Shown here: in pieces, positions 16,697 through 26,148 of the stretch
Numbering within the stretch: position 1 is the first letter of the stretch
Layout: the number at the start of each line of letters is the position of its first letter
NCBI GenBank assembly: GCA_964628745.1
Contig: CAZVOR010000001.1
Location: 1-46,105, forward strand
DNA from: an uncultured Halobacteriales archaeon
Lineage (GTDB): Archaea; Halobacteriota; Halobacteria; Halobacteriales; Hikarchaeaceae
Length of the DNA: 46,105 nt
Direction: 5' to 3'
The notes under the pieces: model-generated
Told to the model about the DNA's origin: nothing
The model's database searches: none
What the model saw: the letters and a program-made list of their open reading frames with translations, nothing else
Made by a program: the position numbers and the translations under genes

Positions 16697-18097
16697 ATGG
16701 ACCGCCCAGACGCGACCGACCGGCTCGTCGAGCACTGCCTGGGGGCCGACCACGGGGGCGCCCCGGACGACGTGAAGGCACAGCTGCGGCACCACCTGCT
16801 CGACCACCTCGGGCTGGTGGTCGGCGGCTACGCCGCGGCCGACTCGACTCCGGCGTTCGAGGGCGGGCTCCGCGGACTCGGCGGCGCCGGCGACGCGGCG
16901 ACGGCGCTTCCGACCGGCGAGCGCCATCCCGCCGACCACGCGGCGCTGTTCAACGGCGCGATGGCGCACAGCCTCGACTTCGACGATACCCACCGCGAGT
17001 CGTCGCTGCATCCCGGGGCGCCGGTCGTCCCCGCCGCGCTGGCCGTCGCCGAGCACGAGGGGGCCCCGACCGAGCGGCTGCTGGCCGGCATCCGGGCCGG
17101 CTACGACGTGACGGCCACCCTCGGCCGGGCCGTCAACCCGGAGGCGCACTACGGCCGGGGCTTTCACATCACCGCGACCTGCGGGACGTTCGGTGCGACG
17201 GCCGCGGCCGGCGTCGTGGCCGGGCTCGACGCCGACGAGCTCGCGGCGGCGTTCGGCGTCAACGGTTCGCAGGCAGCCGGCTCGCTGCAGTTCCTCGCCA
17301 ACGGGGCGTGGAACAAGCGGCTCCATCCCGGGCTGGCCGCGGCCCGCGGCGTGACCGCCGTCTCGCTGGCGCGGGCGGGGTTCAGGGGCTCGGCCGACCC
17401 CGTCGAGGGCCAGTTCGGCTTCTTCGCCGGCTACACCGAGGACCCGGACCCGGCCGCCTTCGACGACCTCGGCGAGCGGGAGGCCGTCCTCGAGACCGCG
17501 CTGAAGCCGTACCCGTGCTGCCGGTACATGCACGCGGCCATAGACGGCCTGCTCGACCTCGATGTCGACCCGGCGGCGGTCGAGTCGGTCCACGTGGCGC
17601 TGCCGAAGTCGGGCGTGACGCTCACCGGCGACCCCATCGACGCCAAGCGCCGGCCGGCGAACTTCGTCGACTGCCAGTTCAGCATGCCGTTCGCCGCGGC
17701 GCTCGCGCTCGCCGAGGGCGAGGCCGGGCTCCGCGCGTTCCTCGACGCCCAGGACCGCCTCGACGACGGCGAGCTCCGCCGACTGATGGACGCCACCGAG
17801 GTCGAGGCCACCGACGAGGTCCGCGCGCTGTTCCCCGAGCGATGGGCCGCCCGGGTGACCGTCCGCGCCGGCGGCAAGGCCCGCGAGCGGTTCGTCGACG
17901 CGGCCCGCGGCGAGCCCGAGAACCCCCTGTCGTGGGACGCGGTCGTCGCGAAGTTCGACGAGCTGACCGGCGCCGCCGGCTGGGACGACCGGACGCGGGC
18001 GGCGGTCGTCGAGGCCGTCGAGGACGTCGAGTCGCGGTCGGTCGAGTCGCTCGTCGGGACGTTCCGCGACGCCGCGGTCGGCGTGGCGGCCGACTGA
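16697..18097 (+). CDS. MmgE/PrpD family protein 2
   Basis: 466 aa. HSLDFDDTH, FHITATCGTFGATAAAG, NKRLHPGLAAARG, LKPYPCCRYMH. It is a distant paralog of the 5395 gene. Confidence 0.9.
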   Translation: MDRPDATDRLVEHCLGADHGGAPDDVKAQLRHHLLDHLGLVVGGYAAADSTPAFEGGLRGLGGAGDAATALPTGERHPADHAALFNGAMAHSLDFDDTHRESSLHPGAPVVPAALAVAEHEGAPTERLLAGIRAGYDVTATLGRAVNPEAHYGRGFHITATCGTFGATAAAGVVAGLDADELAAAFGVNGSQAAGSLQFLANGAWNKRLHPGLAAARGVTAVSLARAGFRGSADPVEGQFGFFAGYTEDPDPAAFDDLGEREAVLETALKPYPCCRYMHAAIDGLLDLDVDPAAVESVHVALPKSGVTLTGDPIDAKRRPANFVDCQFSMPFAAALALAEGEAGLRAFLDAQDRLDDGELRRLMDATEVEATDEVRALFPERWAARVTVRAGGKARERFVDAARGEPENPLSWDAVVAKFDELTGAAGWDDRTRAAVVEAVEDVESRSVESLVGTFRDAAVGVAAD

Positions 18098-18175
18098 CGG
18101 CGCCGGCGGACGGCCGGGTAGTGGGCGTCACCCGCCCATCCGACAGGTCGGTCGCTCGGTCGGGCGGACGGCCGC

Positions 18176-19318
18176 TCAGTCGACGCGGAACTCCTCGAGC
18201 ACGGATTCGTCCAGCTCGACCCCGATGCCGGGCGCGTCGGGGATGGCCACCTGCGGGCCCTCGTTCTCCACCGGGTCGACCGCGAGGTCGTCGCGGATGG
18301 GGTTCGGCGTCCGGTCGAACTCGAGCATCGGCTCGCCCGGGATGGTCGCGATGACCTGCAGGCTCGCGGCCAGCGCGACCGCGCTGCCGAAGACGTGGGG
18401 CATGCACTGGACGTTGTTCGCCGCCGAGAGCGTCGCGACCCGGCGGGTCGAGGTCAGCCCGCCGGCGCTCGTGACGTCCGGCTGGGTGACGCCAACGGCG
18501 CCGGCGTCGAGCACGCGCTCGAACTCGTGGTCGAACGCCCAGCACTCGCCGCCGGCCAGCGGCACGTCGAGCTCGCGGCCGAGCCTCGCGTAGCCGTCGA
18601 CGTCGCGCGGGACGACCGGCTCCTCGAAGAAGAAGACGTCGAGGTCGGCCAGCGCGTGGCCGACGCGCTCGGCGGTCGCCACGTCGTAGGCGTGGTTGGC
18701 GTCGGTGGAGAGCCTGACCTCCGGCCCGACGGCCTCGCGGACAGCCCGGACGAGCTCGACGTCCTCGCGCCAGCCGTAGGGGAAGTCCGGGTGCCGGTGC
18801 AGCCCGATCTTGGTCTTCAGCGCGTCGAACCCCGCCGCGACGTGTCCCTCGGCCTCGCGGACGACCGACTCCCGGATGGCCTCGAAGCTGTCGACGTCCG
18901 GCCAGAAGTGCCCCGTGGCGTACGCCCGGACGGAGTCACGGCGGCGGCCGCCCAGCAGCGTCGAGACCGGCTCGCCGAGCGCCTTCCCGCGGGCGTCCCA
19001 CAGCGCGATGTCGACGCCGGAGATGACGCTGGCGGGCGCGTAGGAGTGAAAGGAGGACGTCAGCTTGAACAGCAGGTCGTCGTGGACCTGCTCGACGGCG
19101 CTCGCGTCCCGGCCGACGAGCCACGGCGCCACGTACTCCTCGACGAGCTCGCGGTTGCCGGCGACGGGCCCCCAGCACTCGCCCCACCCCTCGACCCCGG
19201 CGTCGGTCTCGACCCTGACGAGGCAGTACTCGCGGCTGCCGATCCACTTCTGGGCGTTCGCGAAGCGGTCGTCGAGCTCGCGGCGCAGCGGGACGGCCTC
19301 GACGTCGGTGACGTGCAT
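18176..19318 (-). CDS. enolase-superfamily protein 1 (mandelate racemase / muconate lactonizing enzyme family, acid-sugar-dehydratase-like)
   Basis: KTK (KxK) motif in FDALKTKIG. Putative metal ligands are in STDANHAY, FFFEEP and LAGGECW. An Asp/His pair appears in TQPDVTSAGG and CMPHVFG. ATG 19318. Confidence 0.9.
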   Translation of the reverse strand: MHVTDVEAVPLRRELDDRFANAQKWIGSREYCLVRVETDAGVEGWGECWGPVAGNRELVEEYVAPWLVGRDASAVEQVHDDLLFKLTSSFHSYAPASVISGVDIALWDARGKALGEPVSTLLGGRRRDSVRAYATGHFWPDVDSFEAIRESVVREAEGHVAAGFDALKTKIGLHRHPDFPYGWREDVELVRAVREAVGPEVRLSTDANHAYDVATAERVGHALADLDVFFFEEPVVPRDVDGYARLGRELDVPLAGGECWAFDHEFERVLDAGAVGVTQPDVTSAGGLTSTRRVATLSAANNVQCMPHVFGSAVALAASLQVIATIPGEPMLEFDRTPNPIRDDLAVDPVENEGPQVAIPDAPGIGVELDESVLEEFRVD

Positions 19319-19490
19319 GGGTCGGGCTACCCTGGCCGCCCGTAAGAACCGTTGGGATTGCGGTAACGACCGCGTCGGGACCGTGGCCGGTGGCGGCCGC
19401 GTCAGCCGGTCGTCACGGGGGCTCGTCCCCGGCGGCCGTGACCGAAGCGGAAGGTACAAATCGAGGCTGCAGTTGGGCTACACTACCCGA

Positions 19491-20747
19491 ATGTCGATGA
19501 CGACTCGCGCCCGGACCCTCGTCGACGTCGAGCACCCCGGCCTCGTCTGGCTGCTCTCGACGAACCACGGGTTCAACGAGTTCTTCAGCATCATCATCCC
19601 GCCGCTGTTCCCGTTCCTCGTGCCCGAACTGGGCATCTCCTACGCCCAGGCGAGCCTGCTGGTCGTCGCCTTCTTCGTGACCTACTCCGTCGTCCAGCTC
19701 CCCGTCGGTCGGCTCGTCGACGTCTACGACCCCCGACGGCTGCTCGCGTTCGGTCAGGCCCTCCTCTCGGTCGGCATCGCGCTCGTCGCGTTCGCGCCCT
19801 CGTTCGGCCTCATGCTCGTCGGGATGGTCGTCGCCGGTTTCGGCGGCAGCACCTACCACCCGACCGGCATGTCGGTCATCAGCGACAGCGAATCGACCGA
19901 GACCCACGGGCGGAGCATGGGCATCCACGGCATGATCGGCGTCCTCGGGCCGGTCGCCTCGCCCGTGGTCATGACGGCCGTCGCCGTTTCGGCCGGCTGG
20001 CGGGCCGCCCTGCTCGTCGGGGCCGGTCTGGGCCTGGTGTTCGCGGTCCTGCTCTATCTCGCCTACCCCCGGGTCGTGCCATCGGACGAGCCGCCGGCCC
20101 CGAGCGCGAGCCTGCTGGCCGCGGCCCGCCAGGAGCTCTCGGGTACCCTCGGCGAGACCGCCCGGCGGTCGTGGCAGTTCGTCCGCTCGCCGACCATGCT
20201 CGGCCTCATCGGGCTGTTCGCCGTCGTCGGGGCGGAGGTCCGTGCGGTCCAGTCGTTCACGCCCGTGTTCGCCTCCGACCTCGTCGGCACCGACCCGACG
20301 TTCGGGAACGCGATGCTCGCGGTGACGATGGTGGCCGCGGGACTGGCCTCGACGGCCGCCGGGTACGGCGTGGACCGGGTGGACCGACGGCTGTTCGCCG
20401 GGGGCTGCTTCACGCTGACGGCGCTGGCCATCGCCGTCCTGGTGCTCGTCCCGATGCCCCGGCTCGTCCTCCCGGTGGCCTTCGCCGGTCTCGGCATCGC
20501 GATGTACTCCATCTACCCGGCGGTGAACGCCATCGCGGCGGGCGCGACGACGCCGACCCAGAGCGGGTCGATGTTCGCGGTCACCCAGACCGCGGCGGCC
20601 ATCGGCGCGGCCGTCGGCCCGTACCTCATCGGGGCCGTCTCCGACCTCGTCTCCCTCCGGCTGGGGTTCCTCGTGACCGCCGGCATCGCCGCGGTCGGCA
20701 TCGTGGTCATCCTCGCGGCGGACGAGATCATCGTCTCCTCTGTCTGA
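19491..20747 (+). CDS. MFS transporter 1
   Basis: About 12 TM helices and MFS motif A (LPVGRLVDVYDPRRLL). ATG 19491 lies about 31 nt after GTACAAATCG. Confidence 0.85.
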   Translation: MSMTTRARTLVDVEHPGLVWLLSTNHGFNEFFSIIIPPLFPFLVPELGISYAQASLLVVAFFVTYSVVQLPVGRLVDVYDPRRLLAFGQALLSVGIALVAFAPSFGLMLVGMVVAGFGGSTYHPTGMSVISDSESTETHGRSMGIHGMIGVLGPVASPVVMTAVAVSAGWRAALLVGAGLGLVFAVLLYLAYPRVVPSDEPPAPSASLLAAARQELSGTLGETARRSWQFVRSPTMLGLIGLFAVVGAEVRAVQSFTPVFASDLVGTDPTFGNAMLAVTMVAAGLASTAAGYGVDRVDRRLFAGGCFTLTALAIAVLVLVPMPRLVLPVAFAGLGIAMYSIYPAVNAIAAGATTPTQSGSMFAVTQTAAAIGAAVGPYLIGAVSDLVSLRLGFLVTAGIAAVGIVVILAADEIIVSSV

Positions 20748-20753
20748 CCGGGG

Positions 20754-21722
20754 CTACAGGGCGAGCGCTGAGAACCTCCGGAGCTGGGTCCGCTGGTCGC
20801 CGGTCGGGAAGCGGACCACGAACGTCTCGACCCCGGCCTCGCGGTAGGCCTCGAGCGTCGCCGCCACGTCCTCGCGAGCGCCCATCGCCCCTCGCTCGAG
20901 GAGGTACTCGTCCGTCGGGTCGGGCCGGGCGGGGTAGTACGCGCGGTGGAACGCCTTCGCCTGCTCGAGCACCGCTTCCCGGTCGCCGACGAGCACGTCG
21001 AGGTACAGCGCCGGGTCGAGCGCGGCGGGGTCGCGACCGGCCGCCTTGAGGGCGTCCCGGGCGTTTTCGAGGCCCGTCGGATAGTCGTCGGGGTCGACGC
21101 CGATGGGCAGCCAGCCGTCGCCGTGGTCGGCCAGCCGCTCGCGGATGCGACGCGGGAACCCGTCCGCCACGTCGAACGCCGCCGAGGCGACGTAGACCGG
21201 CGGCGGGCTGGCCGGGCCGAAGCCGATGCTCGCGCCGGACAGGGAGACGTGGTCGCCGTCGAAGTCGACCGCCTCGCCGCCCCAGAGCGCCCGGGTCGCC
21301 GCGAGCGTCTCGTCGAGCCGGGCGCCGCGGGTCGCGAAGTCGAGGTCGAGGTTCGCGTACTCGGCCTCGACGTCCTCGCCGATGCCGACGCCGACGCCCA
21401 GCCGGAGCCGCCCGCCCGACAGCTGGTCGAGCGTCGCCGTCCGGTGGGCGAAGTTGACCGGGTGCCGCAGTCCCGGCAGGTGCACCGCCGTCCCAAGGTC
21501 GAGCCCGTCGGTCGCCGCGCCGACCGCCGCGAGCGTCGTGACGGCGTCGAGCCGGGGCTTGGCCAGCACGCTGTCGCCCACCCACGCCGACCGGAAGCCG
21601 AGCGCCTCCGCGCGGACGGCGAGGCCGACGACGTCGGCCTGGGCCTTCGCCGCGAGCGTCGCCGGGTCGTCGCTGCCGAGCACCGCGCCGCGCGTCGGCA
21701 GCAGGTAGCCGTAGTGCGCCAT
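20754..21722 (-). CDS. LLM-class (luciferase-like) flavin/F420-dependent oxidoreductase
   Basis: MAHYGYLLPTRG, FRSAWVGDS, GGRLRLGVGVG. Length 322 aa, typical of the family. Confidence 0.9.
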   Translation of the reverse strand: MAHYGYLLPTRGAVLGSDDPATLAAKAQADVVGLAVRAEALGFRSAWVGDSVLAKPRLDAVTTLAAVGAATDGLDLGTAVHLPGLRHPVNFAHRTATLDQLSGGRLRLGVGVGIGEDVEAEYANLDLDFATRGARLDETLAATRALWGGEAVDFDGDHVSLSGASIGFGPASPPPVYVASAAFDVADGFPRRIRERLADHGDGWLPIGVDPDDYPTGLENARDALKAAGRDPAALDPALYLDVLVGDREAVLEQAKAFHRAYYPARPDPTDEYLLERGAMGAREDVAATLEAYREAGVETFVVRFPTGDQRTQLRRFSALAL

Positions 21723-21729
21723 GCTCGCA

Positions 21730-21836
21730 GGCTCACCCGCGTCGGCTTAACGGTTGGGCCGCCGGCATGATGGGTCGCGCGGCCGTCCCGACCATGGTTC
21801 CGAAGGCTTGATGGCCAGGGCCCCGTCGGGTGAGCC
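21730..21836. promoter_or_regulatory. perfect 10-bp inverted repeat bracketing the LLM / crotonase divergent intergenic region
   Basis: GGCTCACCCG (21730-21739) and CGGGTGAGCC (21827-21836). In mRNA sense both genes therefore carry CGGGTGAGCC just upstream of their ATG: directly adjacent for 21837, 7 nt away for 21722. The decamer contains the SD-like GGTGA. Confidence 0.5.
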
Positions 21837-22619
21837 ATGGTCGCCTACGACGCCTACGAGCACATCACGGTGGACGTCGCCGGCGGGGTGGCGACGCTCG
21901 AGCTCCACCGGCCCAAGGTGTACAACGCCCTGAACACGGAGACGATGCACGACCTCCGCCGGGCGTTCGGCGAGGTGCAGCTCGACCGGTCAATCGACGC
22001 CGTGGTCATCACCGGCGAGGGGGACGACGCGTTCTCCTCGGGCGCCGACATCGGCCAGTACGCCGGCCCGGCCGCCGAGCACGGCCACCAGATGGACCGC
22101 CAGCGGCTGTTCTACGAGGACGTCTACCGGGCGGCGCACGAGCTGCACTGCCCGACCATCGCCAAGATCAACGGCTACTGCGTCGGCGGGGGCTTCATCC
22201 TCGCGACCTACTGCGACCTCCGGGTCGCGGCCGACCACGCGAAGTTCGGGGTCCCGACGACGAACATCGGGCAAATCCCCGGCGGCGGCTCGACCTACCG
22301 GGCGACCCAGCTGGTCGGCGAGGCCAAGGTCAAGGAGCTGGTGTTCACCGCCGGGCTCATCGACGCCGAGGAGGCCCACCGCATCGGGCTGGTCAACCGG
22401 GTCGTCCCCGCGGGGGAGCTCGACGACGAGGTAGCCGGCCTCGTCGACGCCATCCAGAGCACGGGCCGGCGGGCGGTGAAGAACTCCAAGCGGGCCATCA
22501 ACTACTCGGCCGACGCGCCCGACCTCGAGTCGGCCCACGCCCACGAGGCCGAGGTATGGTGGGAGCAGTTCGACACCGCGGAGCGCGAGCGGCTCGTCGA
22601 CGAGTTCAACGAGGGCTGA
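21837..22619 (+). CDS. crotonase-fold (enoyl-CoA hydratase/isomerase superfamily) protein, atypical active site
   Basis: LHRPKVYNAL, FSSGADI and GYCVGGG oxyanion-hole elements. Both canonical hydratase Glu positions appear substituted (GGGFILATYCD, FGVPTTNIG). Confidence 0.9.
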   Translation: MVAYDAYEHITVDVAGGVATLELHRPKVYNALNTETMHDLRRAFGEVQLDRSIDAVVITGEGDDAFSSGADIGQYAGPAAEHGHQMDRQRLFYEDVYRAAHELHCPTIAKINGYCVGGGFILATYCDLRVAADHAKFGVPTTNIGQIPGGGSTYRATQLVGEAKVKELVFTAGLIDAEEAHRIGLVNRVVPAGELDDEVAGLVDAIQSTGRRAVKNSKRAINYSADAPDLESAHAHEAEVWWEQFDTAERERLVDEFNEG

Positions 22620-22621
22620 CG

Positions 22622-23917
22622 ATGGGGGACGCCCCGGCCGGCGGCGATTCGGCCGCCGGCAACGATTCGAACGCCCCGGCCGACGGACCGCTGGCCGGCG
22701 TGAGCGTCGTCGAGATGACGGCCCACCGGGCCGGCCCGTTCTGCGGCGCGCTGCTGGCCGACCTCGGCGCCGACGTCGTCAAGATCGAGCGACCCGGTAC
22801 GGGGGACCCCACGCGCACGCAGGGCCCCGGCCCGGCGATGCGCTCGGGCTACTTCCAGGCGAACAACCGGAACAAGCGCTCGGTGACGCTTGACCTGAAG
22901 CGGGAGGCGGGCGTCGAGGCCGCCCGCTCCCTGCTCGAGGCCGCGGACGTCTTCGTCGAGAACTTCGGTTACGGCGTCACCGACCGCCTCGGTATCGGCT
23001 ACGACGACGTGACCGCGGTGAACCCGGACATCGTCTACGCGTCCATCAAGGGCTACGGCGAGACGGGGCCGTACCGGGAGAAGCCCGGCCTGGACCTCAT
23101 CCTCCAGGCCGAGGGCGGCATCATGTCGGTGACGGGTCCGGAGGGCGGCGACCCCGTGAAGGTCGGCCAGGCCATCGGCGACCTCGCCACGGGCACGTTC
23201 GCCGCCATGGGGGTCCTCGCGCGGCTGTACCAGCGGGAGACCGGCGCCCGTGGCGGGCCGGACGGCGCGAGCGCTGGCGCCGCGGACGCGACCAGCGACG
23301 ACTCGTTCGTCGGCGAGCTCGACGTCGGGCTGTTCGACGCCATCGTCCACCTCATGAACGAGTACCTCACCTGGTACTCCATTGACGGCACCGTGCCGGG
23401 CCCGCAGGGGACCTCCCACCAGGCGCTCGTCCCCTACCAGCTGTTCGAGACGGCCGACGGCTACCTCGTGACGGGGGTCCCGTCGGACGACCGCTGGGAC
23501 GACTTCGTCGACCTGCTCGGTCGCGAGGAGCTCCGGGAGTACCCGACCAACGACGACCGCGTCGAGCACCGCGAGACCGTCGTCGGCGCCATCGAGGAGG
23601 AGTTCGCGGCCGAGCCGACGGCCTACTGGACCGAGGCGCTCGACGAGGCCGGCTTCCCGGTCGGACCGCTGTCCGACGTCGAGGCCGTCGTCGACCACGA
23701 ACAGACGCGGGCCCGCGGGCTCGTCCGGGAGCACGTCGACGCGGGGGGCGAGCGCGTGCTGCTGCCCGGCCACCCCGTCAACTTCCCGGAGTACGACGCC
23801 CCCATCCGCTCCCCCGCGCCGGAGCTGGGCGCGCACACCGACGAGGTGTTCGGCGCAGTCGCCGACGACCAGACGACGCTCGACCGGTGGCGCGATTCGG
23901 GGGCGTTCGGTGACTGA
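22622..23917 (+). CDS. type III (CaiB/BaiF family) CoA-transferase 2
   Basis: VVKIERPGTGDPTR, NNRNKRS, and KPGLDLILQAEGGIMSVTG (catalytic Asp motif). It starts 2 nt after the crotonase stop. A Gly/Ala/Asp-rich insertion lies after LYQRETG. Confidence 0.9.
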   Translation: MGDAPAGGDSAAGNDSNAPADGPLAGVSVVEMTAHRAGPFCGALLADLGADVVKIERPGTGDPTRTQGPGPAMRSGYFQANNRNKRSVTLDLKREAGVEAARSLLEAADVFVENFGYGVTDRLGIGYDDVTAVNPDIVYASIKGYGETGPYREKPGLDLILQAEGGIMSVTGPEGGDPVKVGQAIGDLATGTFAAMGVLARLYQRETGARGGPDGASAGAADATSDDSFVGELDVGLFDAIVHLMNEYLTWYSIDGTVPGPQGTSHQALVPYQLFETADGYLVTGVPSDDRWDDFVDLLGREELREYPTNDDRVEHRETVVGAIEEEFAAEPTAYWTEALDEAGFPVGPLSDVEAVVDHEQTRARGLVREHVDAGGERVLLPGHPVNFPEYDAPIRSPAPELGAHTDEVFGAVADDQTTLDRWRDSGAFGD

Positions 23918-26039
23918 CCCGACGGACGGGGCGGACGGCCCGGCGGACCGACCAGCCGGGGGCGGCCGGCCGGACCTCGACCCGCTCGTCGAGCCCGACT
24001 CGCTCGCCGTCGTCGGGGCGAGCCCCGACTCGTGGTACGCCTCGCGACTCATCGACAACCTGCTCGACTACGGCTACGCCGGCGACGTCTACTTCGTCAA
24101 CCCCGGCCGGGAGGAGGCCTGGGACCGGCCCTGCTACGACAGCCTCTCGGACGTCCCGGCGGTCGTCGACCTCGCCGTCGTCTCCATCCCGCGGGAGCCC
24201 GCCGTCGAGGTGGTCCGCGAGGCGGGGGAGATGGGGGTACCGGCGGCGCTGGTCATCACGGCCGGCTTCGCCGAGGCCGACGAGCGCGGGGAGGCGCTCC
24301 AGGCCGAGCTTTCGGCCATCGCCGAGGAGTCGGGCATCCGGGTCTGCGGGCCGAACACCATCGGCTACGCGAGCATGCACGCCGAGACGGTGCTCACGGC
24401 GACCTGTTCCCGCCGGCCCGAGCCGGGACGCATCGGCCTGGTGAGCCAGTCCGGCGCGCTCGCGTTCACGACGTTCTACGAGCGGGCGACCGACGAGGAC
24501 GTCGCGTTCTCGCACATCGTCTCGACGGGCAACGAGGCCGACCTGGCGCTCACCGACTACGTCGAGTACCTCGCGGCCGACGACCGCGTGGACGTCATCT
24601 GCTGCTACGTCGAGGGGCTCGCCGACGCCCGGCGGTTCGTCGAGGTCGCCGCCCGGGCGACGCGCTCGGGGACGCCCGTGCTCGCCGTCAAGGTCGGCCG
24701 CTCCGAGGTCGCCGACGCGGCGACGCTCTCGCACACGGGGTCGACGACCGGCAACGACGCGGTCTGGGACGCCGCGCTGGCGCAGGCCGGCGTCCAGCGG
24801 GTCGCCGACGTCCCGGACCTCGTCGGGCTCGCGAGCGTCCACGCGCGCTACGACCCGCCGGCGGGCGATCGCGTCTGCGTCCTCTCGACCAGCGGCGGGC
24901 TCGCCAGCCTTCTGGCGGATTTCGTCAGCGAGCGAGGGCTCGAACTGCCGCCGCTGTCGGCGGAGACCGAGCGTGCGCTGCTCGACATGGAGGACCTGCT
25001 GACGTTCGGCTCGCTGCCGAACCCCGTCGACATCCGCGGCTACGGCTCGTACGTGCTCGACGACATCGCCGACGTCGTCCTCGCCGACGACGCGTTCGAC
25101 GCGTACCTCGTCGCCATCGGGATGTCGGCGGTCGACGACCACGCCAGCGACGTCGCCGCGGCGATAGAGCGCGTCGTCGAGCGCGCGGACGCCCCCGTGC
25201 TCGTCTGCTGGACGGGGCGGAAGGAGCCCGGCGTGCTCCCCGACCCGCAGCCCTACGAGCGACTGCGCGAGTCGGTGCCGCTGTTCTACGACCCAGAGCG
25301 CTGCGTCGAGGCGCTGGCGTCGCTGGTCCGCGCGCGGGAGGCCCGAGAGCGGGTCCGCGAGCCGCTGGCGCTGCCCGAGCCGAGCCCCGACGCGGCGGAC
25401 CTGCCGGCGGACTCGGTGCTGGACTGGGCGGCCGCCGCCGGGCTGCTCGCCGAGCACGGCGTCGAGGTCGAGCCGAGCCGCGTGGTCGAGGACGCCGACG
25501 GGGCCGCCGCGGCCGCCGGCGAGCTCGGCTACCCCGTGGCGATGAAGGTCGACTCGCCCGCCGTGCCGCACCGCAACCGGGTCGGCGGGGTCGCGCTCGA
25601 CGTGCCCGACGCCGACGCCGCCCGGACGGCGTACGAGGACATCGTCGCGAACGTGGCCGATGCCGTCCCCGACGCCGGGGCGGAGCGGGTCGTCGTCCAG
25701 CGACAGGTCGAGGACGGCGCCGAGGCGCTGGTCGGCGCGCTCCGCGACGAGGGGTTCGGGCCGGTGCTCGCCGTCGGCTCCGGCGGGGTGCTCGTCGAGT
25801 CGGTCGACGACCGCGCCCTGCGGCTGGCGCCGGCCCGGGTCGAGGACGCCCGCGAGGCCATCGGGGAGACCACGCTGGCCGAGCGGCTCGGCGAGGCCGA
25901 CCGGGCGGCGCTGGCCGAGCTGGCCGCGGCGGCCAGCCGGCTGGCCGCCGAGCGGCCCGTCGCCGAGCTCGACCTCAACCCGGTCATCGTGGCGGACGGC
26001 CGCTGCCACGTCGTGGACGCGCTGGTGCGGACGCGGTAG
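23910..26039 (+). CDS. ADP-forming acyl-CoA synthetase (acetate--CoA ligase [ADP-forming] family, fused alpha-beta)
   Basis: CoA-binding start SLAVVGAS, GPNTIGY, and phosphohistidine loop TLSHTGSTTG. The C-terminal ATP-grasp half contains GYPVAMKVDSP. The GTG start overlaps the CoA-transferase 2 stop by 8 nt. Confidence 0.9.
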   Translation: MTDPTDGADGPADRPAGGGRPDLDPLVEPDSLAVVGASPDSWYASRLIDNLLDYGYAGDVYFVNPGREEAWDRPCYDSLSDVPAVVDLAVVSIPREPAVEVVREAGEMGVPAALVITAGFAEADERGEALQAELSAIAEESGIRVCGPNTIGYASMHAETVLTATCSRRPEPGRIGLVSQSGALAFTTFYERATDEDVAFSHIVSTGNEADLALTDYVEYLAADDRVDVICCYVEGLADARRFVEVAARATRSGTPVLAVKVGRSEVADAATLSHTGSTTGNDAVWDAALAQAGVQRVADVPDLVGLASVHARYDPPAGDRVCVLSTSGGLASLLADFVSERGLELPPLSAETERALLDMEDLLTFGSLPNPVDIRGYGSYVLDDIADVVLADDAFDAYLVAIGMSAVDDHASDVAAAIERVVERADAPVLVCWTGRKEPGVLPDPQPYERLRESVPLFYDPERCVEALASLVRAREARERVREPLALPEPSPDAADLPADSVLDWAAAAGLLAEHGVEVEPSRVVEDADGAAAAAGELGYPVAMKVDSPAVPHRNRVGGVALDVPDADAARTAYEDIVANVADAVPDAGAERVVVQRQVEDGAEALVGALRDEGFGPVLAVGSGGVLVESVDDRALRLAPARVEDAREAIGETTLAERLGEADRAALAELAAAASRLAAERPVAELDLNPVIVADGRCHVVDALVRTR

Positions 26040-26118
26040 CTCCTCGAGGGTCCCGGCCGGGCGGAGCGGGTTCCAGGGACGTTCGCGCCCTCTGGACCCG
26101 TTCGCCAGACTCCGCAGA

Positions 26119-26126
26119 GTTATTGT
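26119..26126 (+). promoter_or_regulatory. TATA-like box (GTTATTGT) for the acyl-CoA dehydrogenase gene
   Basis: The box begins 30 nt upstream of ATG 26149, inside the 109-nt gap after the synthetase gene. Confidence 0.4.
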
Positions 26127-26148
26127 CGCGCCGGACGACGGTCCGACG

